Source: Eledone cirrhosa (taxonomy: Eukaryota). Taken from it: a DNA stretch of 64,000 nt. Each line of letters starts with the position of its first letter. The first letter of the stretch is position 1. Location of the stretch: assembly GCA_964016885.1 (NCBI GenBank), contig OZ024742.1, positions 92,318,001-92,382,000 on the forward strand, in the 5' to 3' direction. This document shows positions 26,290 through 38,928 of this stretch, piece after piece. Position numbers and translations under genes: made by a program. The notes beneath the pieces are model-generated. The model was not told where the DNA came from. It saw only the letters and a list, made by a program, of their open reading frames with translations, and searched no databases.

Positions 26290-27370
26290 TATTGAATGTG
26301 GACCATAAACTTCTTTAATATAAAAGAAAAATGCCTTAGCGTCCTTGCGATGCAGGAAATTATTGAACAAAAGTACGCGATGAAATTTTGTGTGAAACTC
26401 AATAATCTGCTACCGAGACATTTAATTCTTTTACACAAGCTTATGCAGATGCCACTCTATCTAAAAGTAACGTTTTCAAAGAAGTTTGAGAAAATGTTGA
26501 AGACGAACCTCCTTCTGGAAAGCCAATCTCGTCAACAAATTAACAAAATGTGGAAGTGGTGCGAGAGGTGATGGCAAAAGATCACCAATTAAGTGATAGG
26601 ATAATTGAAGAAGAAATGAGCTTGGGTAAAATTGCAGTTCACAGAATTTTAACAGATCATATACACATGGGAAAAATTTGTGCAAAACACTTTTCTGTTA
26701 AGCGAAAAACGAACCGGCTGGAAATTTGTTAGAATTTGCTAGAAAGACTCAAAATTCAGTCAAATTTCTTGGCTAAAGTGATAACATGAAATGAATCATG
26801 GGTGTTCGAGTACGATCCGGAGACAAAACGGCAACGTGAATTGAGGCACACGAAAAATTCTCCTCGTCCGAAGAAAGCACGCATGAGCAGATCATGGGTG
26901 AAAATGATTATCATTTTATTCGACAGCTGAAAGAAATTTGACCTCCAAAACAGACAGTTAATCGCACCTTCTAAAATGATGTCTTGGAACGACTTCTAAA
27001 ACGGGTCTAACGAGTCCGAAAGTACATTGCAGGAGATTAGGTACATAACGCGCTTGCTCATACAACACTTTCAATTAGAGAATTTCTGCCGAAGAATAAC
27101 ATTCCCACTCTTTCACATCCTCCCTACAGCCCAGATCTAGCTCAGTGTGATTTTTACCTCTTCTCTAAGTTGAAATCGAAATTGAAGCGTCAACATTTTG
27201 GGACTGTGAAAAACATAGAAAATTGTAACCAACGAGCTAAGGACACTCACAGAAAATGACTTCTGGTACTGCTACGATCAATGGAAAAAAACGTTGGAAC
27301 CACTGTGTGACTTTCCAAGAGTCGTATTGTGAAGGAGATAACTTGTAATTTTATGAACAACTAATATACA
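26290..27370 (+). mobile_element. Decayed mariner (DD34D) transposase
   Basis: EQKYAMKFCVKL (26365), ESWVFEYDPETKRQ (about 26795-26835), HPPYSPDLAQCDFYLF (about 27115-27165). Multiple frameshifts. Confidence 0.85.
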
Positions 27371-27399
27371 TTTAAGTAAAACATCATTACATTTACATT

Positions 27400-28080
27400 T
27401 GATAAAGTGTTCACCTCACTTATAAGAAACCTACTGTATGCTAATGACTGTGACCATGTCAGTCATACTGAGCTTGGATTATAATTGTTCATTTCTGGAT
27501 TTGATTTGGCATGTGATATCTTTGGTTTTATTATGAATTTAAAGAAACGGTAGTTTTATGTCTACATGCACCTAAACTAGTTGTGCAGCAACCTAAAATG
27601 TATGTGAAAGGTAATCTTCTTAAGATTGTTGAATCCTTCATATACCTTGGAGTGCGGTGAATAAGGATAGAACATTGGTTTCAGAATTATTTCTAAGGAT
27701 TCAAAATGCAGCAAAATCTTTTGGTAGTTTAGAGTCTCTTGTTTGATCACAAAAACACATCAAGAATGAAACAGAAATATCTGTTTATAGATACTTTTGT
27801 GTTATCCTCTCTTCTTAATCTTGGATGGATTACAAATATCACTTTAGACTCCTGGAACGATTCCATCAAAATGTCGTACGCCATATTCTGAAAATAAAAT
27901 GGAATTCATTCACTCCTGACTCTAATGTTTTAGCAGCATCTGGCATTTGTTCCATCCAGGCAATAACTTTGAAAATTTAACTGCGGTGATCTGGACATAT
28001 TGCCTGCATGGCTAACGATGCAATTTAGTTAAAGGGATCTCATTGAGTATTGCTCCAGAATGCAGTTCCTGGTGCGTTTT
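27400..28080 (+). mobile_element. Decayed RTE-clade LINE RT fragment
   Basis: LLYANDCD (YADD-like) near 27430, ESFIYLG near 27630, RTE-like downstream remnants. Confidence 0.6.
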
Positions 28081-28269
28081 GAAGATTAGTATATATGTGT
28101 AGTGGTCACATTTGTCTAGACAATATCTAAACTTTGAATTTTTATGTTACTGCTCCTAATGAAATTTTTGAATTTATATTAATAGCCTATTTATTAACCT
28201 ATACTTTTGTCAGACAATGTGATTAATTACTTTACGTATTAATCAATATTTCAATATATATATATATAT

Positions 28270-28640
28270 ATAAATTCAAAGTAGAAGCGCAGGGGCCAAG
28301 ACAATGGAAAGAACCAACATCTGGAAATCACTACGGTTTCGGTTCATTTTGGCCGATATCATTCATTCCAGTGCACATTTGAACATAAAAAAAGCATTAA
28401 AAAAATAAACAGGTAGAGACAAGTTATAGCTTTAGGCAAATTACGCAAATATAGAGTTTGCAAGGGGTTCATTACAGGAGAAAAAATAGAAAAGAGAGGA
28501 AGAGTAAAACAGAAGTCCCGAGTGCAGACAAAGAAAAAGAACACTGAGGCAGAATAGAGGAAAACAGGCCGGGTGGTGGTGTCTATTATATTATTATATG
28601 ATAGCTTCTAAAAGGTTCGCATGAATAAGTCTTTAGAATA
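28270..28640. mobile_element. Dispersed repeat (possibly PLE pLTR-derived); second copy at 50070-50445
   Basis: Both copies carry GAAA(T/C)CACTACGGTTTCGGT and AAACAGGCC..GTGGTG..GTCTATTATAT in the same order, next to TA tracts. Confidence 0.55.
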
Positions 28641-28646
28641 TAAATT

Positions 28647-28727
<81 letters not shown>

Positions 28728-28728
28728 T

Positions 28729-28801
28729 ATTAGAAAATAGAATAGCTTTCACCGTATTTGTTGACTAAAGAATACGGTGGAAGGTATTCTATTTTCTAAT
28801 T
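28729..28801. repeat. Fold-back palindrome with degenerate hammerhead core at its centre
   Basis: ATTAGAAAATAGAATAGCTTTCACCGTATT-tgttgactaaag-AATACGGTGGAAGGTATTCTATTTTCTAAT. Left arm in reverse gives GAAA-GC-TA; the centre has CTAAAGA (CTGAAGA variant). Confidence 0.65.
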
Positions 28802-28941
28802 TCAAACCTGCTCACTATATATATATATAAATATATGTGTGTGTGTGTATATATGTATATTTATATTATATGTATATTATGTATATACTAGAAATAAAAC
28901 CCTTTTTGTACAGCCGACCATGTTATTCTTCAATGTTACAC

Positions 28942-29014
<73 letters not shown>

Positions 29015-29256
29015 TTTTCTTTATTAACCACAAGGGTTTACATAAAGTAGACATTAAGGACAGTACAGGACAATACAGGGCGGTACAAATGGGCATTTCT
29101 GCGTGTAAAAAAACAGAGGATGAAATAAAATAACAAAGAAAAATTCCCCAATAGGGGGGAGACTTCCGAGGGACATTTGTGGAGAAAGCCCATTAAAAGA
29201 CCACAGTGGCCCTGACCACCAGGGCAAGTGCCCTCTCCCAGTTTTCCACCTTTAAT

Positions 29257-32200
29257 TTACAGACACATACTCAGAGAAGGCCCATTCATTCGGGCCATAC
29301 TTTCTTCTCTCACCCATCTTTCAACAAAATGCTGGGAAGAGAGCACTTCCCTCTCTACCCTGATTTTCCTTTTCAGATGAAATTTGAAAAGGTTAATCAG
29401 GGCATCACCGAAGAGGTAAGTGCTCGTCTTCAGCCCTTTCAAACGTGTCCACCATACTATCTCTTTCGCCATGGCCACCAGACAGATAAAAACTGCCTGC
29501 CCTTCCCGGCTAAAGGAAGAGGGCGGGGCAATCCTCACGATGGACTCAGCTGATAGCTGGATCCGTCCTACACGTGACAGCAGGTGTTCGACATAAACCC
29601 ACAAGTCAGCAATGCTCGGACACTGGACGAGTGCGTGCAGGACGGTTTCGTCGCCCTGTGCGCATCTCGGACATGCCCGGCTGACGGCACCTCCATGCCT
29701 GTAAAGTTTATCCCGAACTGGCAAAGCACCCCGGTAGCACTGCCAGGCCAGGGATTTCTGGAAGTTGTCCATAGGCCCCGGCCCGAAAGTCCTTCCGAAG
29801 AGATTGGCTAGTTGATTTTCGTCGACGCCTAGAGTTTCTCCAAGTACGTCGTCGCTCTTCCCCTCCACTAATCCCCTATAGAACGCCAAGGTGGAGTTTC
29901 CACCGATCACATTGCCCGATTGGTCGAGGGCTGTGAGCGCCTGAAGACATTCCAGTCTCCAAGCGCTCCCTCTCGGTCTTCGCTTGACCCAGGACTGCAG
30001 CTCCGTCAAGGAGACGAGCTGGGGAAAAACGTGTCTAGCAAACGGCGACCACACCTGATCACCGTCGAGGAAGAGGTGGAGATATCGTAGCCTGAGCGCG
30101 TGTCTGCGCATCATCAGCCACGGCATGACCAGCCCTCCACGTAGCGAGTGTTGACAGCAGATGGACCGCCTGACCATCGGAGCGCGTCCCTTCCACAAGA
30201 AGCGAAAGAGCAAACGCTCCAGCGCAGTCAGGCGGGGGTTAGGACAAGGTACGACGGTCAGGCGGTAGTAGATGACGGACGCGATGTACGCGTTAGCCAC
30301 CTCCACTCGACCTTTCAGGGATAGCTTCCTCTCGGCCCATTTCTGGGTGAGAGAAGCCACCCTGCTCGTCACCTCGTCCCAGTTTTTGTCCGTCTGGAGG
30401 TCTGGACCGAACCAGACCCCTAGCAATTTAACCGGTCCGTCTGTCCAGCGCCCGACGACGCTGTTGGACGGCATGGACCTGCCTCTCCAGGTGCCGAGCT
30501 GCAGGCCCACTGACTTTTCCTGGTTGATCATTGCTCCTGTCACCGCTTCGTATTCTCTTAGTGTAGTGCCGATCGCCTCGATGTGTTTGGCGTTCGACAC
30601 CACTACGGTGACATCGTCGGCATATGCTGACACGGATCTTCCGCATCCTACTTCGCGCGGGATCCCCCTCAACGTCTCCAGTTTGTGCAGTAATGGTTCG
30701 AGAGTCAATACGTACAATAGGGACGAGAGGGGACATCCATGGCGGACCGAGCGCATGATGTTGAACGGTTCCGAAAGGTGACCGTTCACTCTCACTACAG
30801 AGCAGATGTTGCTGTGCATGGCAGCGATCCAGCCTCTGAAGACGGGCCCAAAGCCAGCCGCCCTCAGGACTGCCTCTAGGTAACGATGGTCGACCCTATC
30901 GAAGGCTTTCGACTGATCTAAATTGATCAAAGACCCTCCCGTGCCAGGTTCCCTAGCTACCCTCTCTACGATGTATCGCATGAGGTGGAGGTTGTCGTGG
31001 ATGGATCTGTCGGGAATGGCGCATGTCTGTGCCTCTCCCACCAGACCACCAACGACAAGCGCCAACCTCTTTGCTAGCACCTTGGCCAAAATCTTGAACT
31101 CTGTGTTTAGCAGAGTTATGGGCCTAAAATTATCTATGTTATCCCCCTTGTTCGGATCCTTTCTCAGCAGCGCCACCGCTCCTCGGCTAACAGAGCTGGG
31201 AATTCTCCCGTTCTGTTGCCAGTTGCAGTAGACGTCCGCCAAGAGGCCTCCGAACAAGTTTGGCATTTGTACGTAAAGTTCATAGGGCAGACCATCCAAA
31301 CCAGGCGATTTACCCCTTGTGCAACTAGTCATTGCATCCCGTACTTCAGTGGTTGTTATCGGCTTTTCGCAACACTCCGCCTCAGTGGCCGAAAGCCGCG
31401 GCAGTCCGTCGAGGTAGACACTAAAGTCCATCCCTCGATCCGGCCCGCCACTGCCCCCGAACAGTTGAGCGAAGTGTCGCTGAAAAGCTTCACACATTTG
31501 CCCGGGATCGAGTAGCATGCGCCCGTCGTGGTCCACCAAAGACCGGATCGTGGCTTTGTTGCCACGACGCGCCTCCGCCACTCGGGCCCATTGAACGGCT
31601 TTCGTCCCCTCGTGTCTGAGAGCACGCACCCTAGCTCTGACAACGCAGCCTTCGTGCTTTGCATTGAAGAATTGGTCAAGGGCCAATTTCGCCGCAAGTA
31701 CGTCGGTCGCGATGCCTTTGCTAAGCGCCTCATCTAATTTTCTAACTAGTTCTCCCTCTGCTCTATTTTTCTCTATTGCTAAAGTCTTACTAAACCTAAT
31801 GGACTCTATTCTAATTGCTCTTTTCAGAGCAAACCACCACTTGTTGTTGACGATGGCCCCCGTCAACGCCCGCTTAACTAGTTCGCTAATCCGGTCTCTG
31901 TAGGCCTTGCGCGCTGGTAAGGACGCGTTTAGCTTCCAGTAGCTGGGTCCTCGCCTATGAAGCCTATCTAAGTCAAGCACACAGATCACGAATTTGTGGT
32001 CCGTGTAGCTGACTATCTTGAATTGTGGACAGCCTATGCTAGACCTATCTATTTCCCTACAAAATACTCTATCTAGATATGATCTGGATGACCCTATGCG
32101 ATTTGTCCAAGTCCACATTGGTACATTCGGGAAATCCATTCGGTACCTGTCAGACAGTTCAAAACGTCTGAGCAGGTTGGTGAGACTCTTGCACCCTCCT

Positions 32201-32676
32201 TACCTATCCACTAATCCCACACAATCCCAGCGTGCATCTAAGATCCCGTTCCAGTCGCCCACTAACACTAAAGAGCGGGACGTTCCAAGAAAGGTCTCCA
32301 GACGCCGGAAGAAATCAGGCCGCCCTGCTCCTGTCAGGGCATAGACGGCCACTAACCTGAAAGCTTGCCCGTCTCCGCTGGTCACGTCCAGCACCACCAA
32401 CTTACCTTCTGGGTCCAGGAAGATGGCCCGTATGGCAAGATCCAAACCTCTCCGAAAAAGCACAGCAACTCCTCCCCCCGATCCCGGACGGCTGGGAGAT
32501 GCGTACACATCGTAGCCGCCGAAGATCGGTGCGAAAGCCTGTGCTTCGGAGATTCTGGTCTCGCTGATGGCCACTACATCTATGTTTAGTGACCTGAGGT
32601 CGTTGAGCAGGTGGCCCTGCTTCCATGACGACCCCAAGCCACGCGCATTTATGCTGCCTATTCTGAGTGAGGTCAT
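29257..32676 (-). pseudogene. Tx1 ORF2: AP endonuclease, reverse transcriptase and C-terminal CCHC, 1139 codons with one in-frame stop
   Basis: ORFs 32676-32200 and 32139-29257 are in frame; the single TAA is at 32200-32202 and the gap reads GGCKSLTNLLRRFELSDRYR. Motifs SINARGL, ISETR, VGDWN, YLDR, TDHK, YWKLN, KSPGLDG, FRPITLLN, DQSKAFD, YADD, CPRC-x8-H-x4-C. Confidence 0.92.
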
Positions 32677-32710
32677 GTTGAAAAGGAGTGGAAAAGATGG
32701 GAAAGACCAC

Positions 32711-34706
32711 TTACCTTACTTCTCGTAGGGGAAGGACGGTTTTTGCATCCTTTTCACTGCTTGTGGCCTCCTCAGGAACGATGTCCTTATAAATCCTCCT
32801 GGAGAGTACTTGTCGGAAGTCTCCGATGTCTTTGGGGAATTTTTGTTTTAGTGTCATGTACGTTTTCTGTGTGATGCGAGTGATTTGTATGTGTGGAGGT
32901 GGTGTGAATTTTGGGGTTGTTGTGTAGTCTTTTTCTGTGATGCTGGTGTTGTGTTGGATGTAGTGTAATAATTGCTTGTTGTTCAAATTTAATGCTGTGT
33001 AGTGTGTATCGTTTTGGTTGTTTTGTTTTGTTTGCGTTTGTTGTGGGTTTGTTTCTGTTTCGCATTTTGGTGACTTTTGTGGTGTAGGTGATGGTGGTGT
33101 TGGAGTTAATGATGGTGATGGTTGGGTGTTTGGGTTGATGGGGTTGGTGATGCTGGTGTGGATGGTGGCATATCTGTCCTAACTTTTTTGTTTCTTAGTT
33201 TATTTGTTTCCCTCTGTATTTTGTTTTTGGAGGGGGAAGGAAGAGAATTTTTTCTTTTTTGGTTTCTTTTTTTTTTCCGGATATCGTTTCCCACTCCCCG
33301 TCGTCACAATCTGTCTCCAGTTGTGATAGGCCGGGGAGTGGAAAATCCTCCACAGGCGTTAGTTTTGGTTGTGGCGTGGTGGATGGTGTAGGCGCTGGTG
33401 CTAGTTCTGAAGCGTTGGGTGGTGGTGGTGTTGGTTTTGCTGGTGGCGGTGGTGGTGTTGGTTTTGCTACTGTTGCTGGGGTTGTTGCTGTTATAGTTGC
33501 TTCTGTTGTTGCTGCTACAGTTGTTGCTGCCATCTCTGCTACTGGTGGTGTTGATGGTTGTGTCACTGGGGTGGGTAGGAGAGGTGGCCTCAACCTTTTA
33601 GCCTGAGGGCAGAAAGCCCTTAGGTGGGTTCCTTCACCACAAACGACACACCTAGGTCTTCTGCCCTCGACAATTACGGTGAGGTGGCTGCCGTCAGTGA
33701 GGTCTATTACCTCTGGGATCTCCTCAATGCTTTTTTGGTCCGCTTGGATCAGGAGCTCCATCCCAGATCCGGACCAGTTCTCCTGCTTTTCTTTTGCTAT
33801 TGCTATTATTTTTGTGTTGGCTTCGATGCCGGCGAGGACGGCCGCTATTAGCCAGGGAATTTCGATGGCCGGTGGAACGTGGGTCACCCTGATCTTTACG
33901 AGTCTCTGGCCACAATAGCTTGGGACGAGTGTGAAGTCGTCACTTCTTAATGGGGCCATGGAGTGTTCTCTAGCCTCCTCTGGTGTTTCAAAGAACACGT
34001 CCACGGTTCCATACTTCTGCCCACGTCTGATGTGGGTTTTTCTTGCCCACACATGTCCCAAAGCTTTTTGGATTTGGGACTCGGATGCCCGTTCCACTCG
34101 GCGCGATTTTACATTTATCGTTCGATACGACACGGTGCATAGGCGCCGATGCTCCATTTTATTAGGTGGGGGGGTGAGGCTGACCCTGTACCCATCTTTC
34201 TTTACCATTTGTTTGACATTTTCTAAATCCTCCTGAGTTACCGTAAATGCTTCGAACTATTTTGCTACTATTGCAAAACTGAGGGTCGTTTTTATAATGT
34301 TATTGTTGTTGTTGTTGCTATCGTTATTTGTGTTAATATTAATTTTAGTTTCAGTTGTGGTGGTGGTGACGTCAGTCGTCTTTGGTGGGGAAGAGTCCAT
34401 TTTGCTTGATTTCATTTCGACATCACGACTTAATTTATTTTTTTCTTCTTTTGTTTCTGTTGTCGCGGTGGTGGTGGGGGTGGTGGTTGTCGCAGTGGTG
34501 GTGGTGGTGGTGGAGGCTTTAACACCTGCAGTCATTGGTAATGGCGGGAAATGAATGTCTGCCTGAGACAAATTTAAAATATTGCTACTGCTTATATTTT
34601 TTGTCGCGTTGGCAAACGTAGTAACATTTACAATGGTGGTGTCGGTGTGAGGTGTTAATTTGTGAGGAAGGCTATCAGCTGCTTGGTGCAGAGGTGAATT
34701 AGCCAT
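32711..34706 (-). pseudogene. Tx1 ORF1 (gag-like RNA-binding protein with CCHC knuckle), disrupted
   Basis: 34706-34257 and 34208-33195 are in frame across a TAG at 34257-34259. Knuckle CVVCGEGTHLRAFC. The Pro/Thr- and Lys-rich C-terminal part continues through frameshifts to about 32711. Confidence 0.8.
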
Positions 34707-34829
34707 TTTTTTTCAAAGAAATTTTTTGATAATAATAAAGGTTTAAATTTTGGGCACAAGGCCCCAATCTTTTTGGGTGTCCTTTTCGGAAAACAATGTA
34801 TGTGCGCTTATATATGGTTAACAATAAAA

Positions 34830-34832
<3 letters not shown>

Positions 34833-34899
<67 letters not shown>

Positions 34900-34932
34900 A
34901 AGAAGAAGAAGAAGAAGAAGAAGAAGAAGAAG
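34833..34932. repeat. (AAT)n(AAG)n microsatellite between two head-to-head LINEs
   Basis: Seen directly. Confidence 0.95.
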
Positions 34933-34933
34933 A

Positions 34934-37400
34934 TACAGCTCACCTTGAGGAACAAACATGGGAAAATATAACAGTTGAACATCTGCGTTTTGCTCTTAGA
35001 AAATCCACCAAGTGGAAATCCTCAGCGAAAGACACAATACCAATTTTTATGATAAATGCCTTCACAGAGTCTCATGAGCTGTTAGCCCAACTTTACAATG
35101 AAATAGTTAAGGAGCCAGAAAAGATACCATCAAGGCTAGTTAACGGCATTACATTCCTACTTCCGAAGAATGATGAGACAAACAATCACAAAATTTACAG
35201 ACCGATAACTTGCTTGACCACAATGTATAAAATTTTAACATCAGTCCTAACTGAATATGCATATGATCACCTGATAACAAATGATCTATTTCCCAATGAG
35301 CAGAAAGGGTGTAAACGAGGCTCATATGGCTGTAAGGATCAGCTTTTGGTTAACAAAATGATACTGGAAGATTGTCATAATAGACACAAAAATCTATCAA
35401 TTGCTTGGATAGATTACAAAAAGGCATTCGATAGTTTGCCACACAGTTGGATTGAAAAGTGTTTAGAGATTTTCAAAATATCTCCCGTTGTCAGGAGGTT
35501 CCTGCCATTCTGTATGAAGACATGGAAAACGACACTCCTTTTGAATAGTGAAAAAAAATCACTGGAAGCTGGAGAAGTCAATATTAATTGTGGAATTTTT
35601 CAGGGTGAGTCTTTATCACCGCTTTTATTCTGCATCGCACTTATACCATTAAGTAAAATGCTCAATGAATCAAAACATGGATATAAAGTATATGACAAAA
35701 CCATTAATCACTTGTTCTACATGGATGACCTGAAACTATTTGCAATTGCAAGGACAATTATCCACTGTGAAGCAGTTCAGTGATGATATTAAAATGGAGT
35801 TTGGACTAGACAAATGCGCCAAAGCCACCTTCACCAGAGGAAAGCTGCTGAAGAGTTCAGACATTAATCTTGATCGTGAGAATGTAATAAGAGAACTTGA
35901 TCAAGAGGAAACTTACAAATATCTAGGTGTTTGTGAAGGAGACGGAATCAACCACTCGACAATGAGGGAAAGGATAAGGAAGGAATGTTACCGCAGAGTA
36001 ACAGTAATCTTAAGAACGGAATTGAATGCAAGGAATATGATCGATGCCATAAGCACGCTTGCCATACCAGTAGTAACCTACAGTTTCAATGTCATCAACT
36101 GGTCAAGCACAGAGATCCGTAGGCTCGATACAAAAATTAGAAAATTCTTAACCATGCACAGAATGCATCACCCTAAGGCAGATACAGATAGAATATATCT
36201 CCCTAGGAAAGAAGGAGGACGTGGGTTAATCCAGTTAGACATTGCTTTGAAAACTGCAACAATTGGATTATCTACATATCTAAGGGAATCACATGATTGG
36301 ATGATCAAACTCGTTTTGAAACATGAAAGCAGCAAAAGATCATATTCCATTACAAAAGAAGAACAAAGATACAGTAATAAACTACAAATTTCAGAAGTTC
36401 CATTTACTGCTGAAATGAAAAACACAGAAAAGGCAAAGCAGGTAAAAGTAACTGCAAAGAAAGAACTGCTACAGAAACTGGCTAAGAAATGGCAAGAAAA
36501 GCCTCTGTATGGAAAATACCCAGAACGAGCTAACAATCCTGATGTTGACAAAACTTTAACCCATCAGTGGTTGGCGTCCTCTGAACTGAAATCGGAGACT
36601 GAAGTACTGATTATATCAGCACAAGATCAGTGTCTGCCAACAAAAAATTATCAAGCCAACATAATAAAAAAAATGGATGCAACCCATTATGCCGTGTATG
36701 TAAAAAAACAACCAGAGACCATTGATCATATAATTTCAATGTGCAGTCCTATATCTCCAACCGAATACCTAAATAGGCACGACAGAGCTGCACAATACAT
36801 ACATTGGATAATGTGTAAGCATTTTGACCTGCCCCATCAAAAGAATTGGTGGGAGCATCAACCACCTCCCGTACTTGAAAAAGATAACATCTCAATGTTG
36901 TGGAACTTTAGCATCCAAACAGACCGAAAAATAGATGCAAATAGACCTGATATAATACCGAAGGACTTTAAAAAGAGGGTATGCCTGCTAACTGATATAT
37001 CCGTTCCAATAGACAAGAATGTATCTATAAAAACATTTGAAAAATTGAGCAAGTATAAAGACCTGGAGATAGAAATTGGAAAAATGTGGAAGTTGAAAAC
37101 TAAAACAATACCAGTGGTTGTAGGCGCTCTTGGAATGATACCTAAGGGGTCTAATGATTACTTATCGCAAATCCCAGGAAACCCGCGTATAGGAGAAATA
37201 CAAAAGATAGTACTAATGGGAACTGCCCATATACTAAGGAAGATTCTGTCAATTTAAGTACATCACAAGTCTAAACACCTAAAGATGTATGTGTGTGTAT
37301 GTTCTTTCTTGAACATGGCGGACCTTGCTGTCTCTTGAAGTCACTGGTTGTGACTTGGTGATAAAGCAAGATAAATGCAACTATAATAATAATAATAATA
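34934..37400 (+). mobile_element. 5'-truncated R4/Dong-clade LINE (RT, zinc finger, restriction-like endonuclease)
   Basis: YRPITCL, QKGC, IDYKKAFDS, QGESLSPLLF, HLFYMDDLK; frameshift near 35745; then YKYLG, GGRGL, ETIDHIISMC, RHD, RPDII, TDISVP, KLSKYKDL. Short 3' UTR and (TAA)n tail at 37383-37400. Confidence 0.9.
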
Positions 37401-37411
37401 TATATATAATA

Positions 37412-37496
<85 letters not shown>

Positions 37497-37564
37497 TATA
37501 TATATACTTATCTTTCGAGAGGGAGAAATGCATAGATGCATACATACATGCATACATACATACA

Positions 37565-38172
37565 TGGTGGCTGCCAACTCGTTTTCGAGTACGGCCACTA
37601 CTGTATATCCATGTAGGAGAACCCCTACCGATGCGCTGAACAAGTGTGACTTTTTAGTCCAGCCAGCGATTGAAAACTCTGGTACAAACACTACACTTGT
37701 GACAATTATTGACACATAGTGCTGGACCGATGGTACCATGTGATGACAAGTGCAGAGAGATCTCCAGATATAAAGCAATGCCTGTGCCGTGAAGCTTTTA
37801 TAGTGAGCAAAGGCACTGCACAAAGCCAGTCCCACTCTCTTAACCAAGATGATATTTACCAAAAAGAAGAACAAGTCAACATCATTGGATACCATCAGGG
37901 TTGCAGGTATTATATCAGAATTTTCCTTCTCCTAGAATTCTGCCTTGACAAAGGCTAAGGGGTCATCTCTCCTGGTGATTTTGGATGGCCATTGACTCTT
38001 AAGAGCTCCTTTGCCCTTTGACAGGTTTTGTTTTTAGTCCTGCAGGATGTCCAAAGTCACCCTCCTCACCAAGAAACCTTGGTGGGGTTGCCAGTTTAGT
38101 CGCCAACGACCCGACCATGAGACAGGTTGTACTGGGGTACATGTTACCAGTAGCACCAATTGGTGACCTGAC
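37565..38172 (-). mobile_element. Bipartite non-autonomous RTE derivative, copy 1
   Basis: Minus strand: RTE-type 5' UTR (CTAGGAGAAGGAAAATTCTGAT) fused to a C2H2 finger remnant and 3' end CTCGAAAACGAGTTGGCAGCCACC with (ATGT)n tail. Confidence 0.65.
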
Positions 38173-38238
38173 ATACATACATATATACATACATACATGC
38201 ATGCATACATACATACATACATACATACATACATACAT

Positions 38239-38271
<33 letters not shown>

Positions 38272-38320
38272 TACATACATACATACATACATACATACAT
38301 ACATACATACATACATACAT

Positions 38321-38928
38321 GGTGGCTGCCAACTCGTTTTCGAGTACGGCCACTACTTTATATCCATGTAGGAGAACCCCTACCGATGCGCTGAACGAGT
38401 GTGACTTTTTAGTCCAGCCAGCGACTTGAAAACTCTGGTACAAACACTACACTTGTGACAATTACTGACACATAGTGCTGGGCCCATGGTACCATGTGAC
38501 GACAAGTGCAGAGAGATCTCCAGATATAAAGCAATGCCTGTGCCGTGAAGCTTTTATAGTGAGCAAAGGCACTGCACAAAGCCAGTCCCACTCTCTTAAC
38601 CAAGATGATATTTACCAAAAAGAAGAACAAGTCAACATCATTGGATACCATCAGGGTTGCAGGTGTTATATCAGAGTTTTCCTTCTCCTAGAATTCTGCC
38701 TTGACAAAGGCTAAGGGGTCATCTCTCCCGGTGATTTTGGATGGCCATTGACTCTTAAGAGCTCCTTTGCCCTTTGACAGGTTTTGTTTTTAGTCCTGCA
38801 GGATGTCCAAAGTCACCCTCCTCACCAAGAAACCTTGGTGGGGTTGCCAGTTTAGTCGCCAACGACCCGACCATGGGACAGGTTGTACTGGGATACATGT
38901 TACCAGTAGCACCAACTGGTGACCTGAC
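38321..38928 (-). mobile_element. Bipartite non-autonomous RTE derivative, copy 2 (tandem)
   Basis: About 14 differences from copy 1 counted by eye. Encodes [25 protein letters not shown]. (TACA)n on both sides. Confidence 0.65.

Larger units (their letters stand above)
29014..34730 (-). mobile_element. Full-length Tx1-clade non-LTR retrotransposon
   Basis: ORF1 (zinc knuckle) plus ORF2 (APE-RT-CCHC). 3' end CCTTGTGGTTAATAAAGAAAAC followed by (ATT)n at 28951-29013. GC-rich body contrasts with the flanks. Confidence 0.9.

Noticed and set aside
29206-34554. Plus-strand ORFs overlapping the Tx1 element
   Set aside because: Antisense shadows of a GC-rich coding region, with no motifs.
38080-38172. 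HDV-like ribozyme at the 5' end of the RTE derivative (minus strand GGG-TCG-ttgg-CGA-CTAA-ACTGG)
   Set aside because: P4, J4/2 and P2 (CCAGT/ACTGG) look plausible, but I could not build canonical P1, P3 and L3. An RNArobo or Infernal search on the family consensus would settle it.
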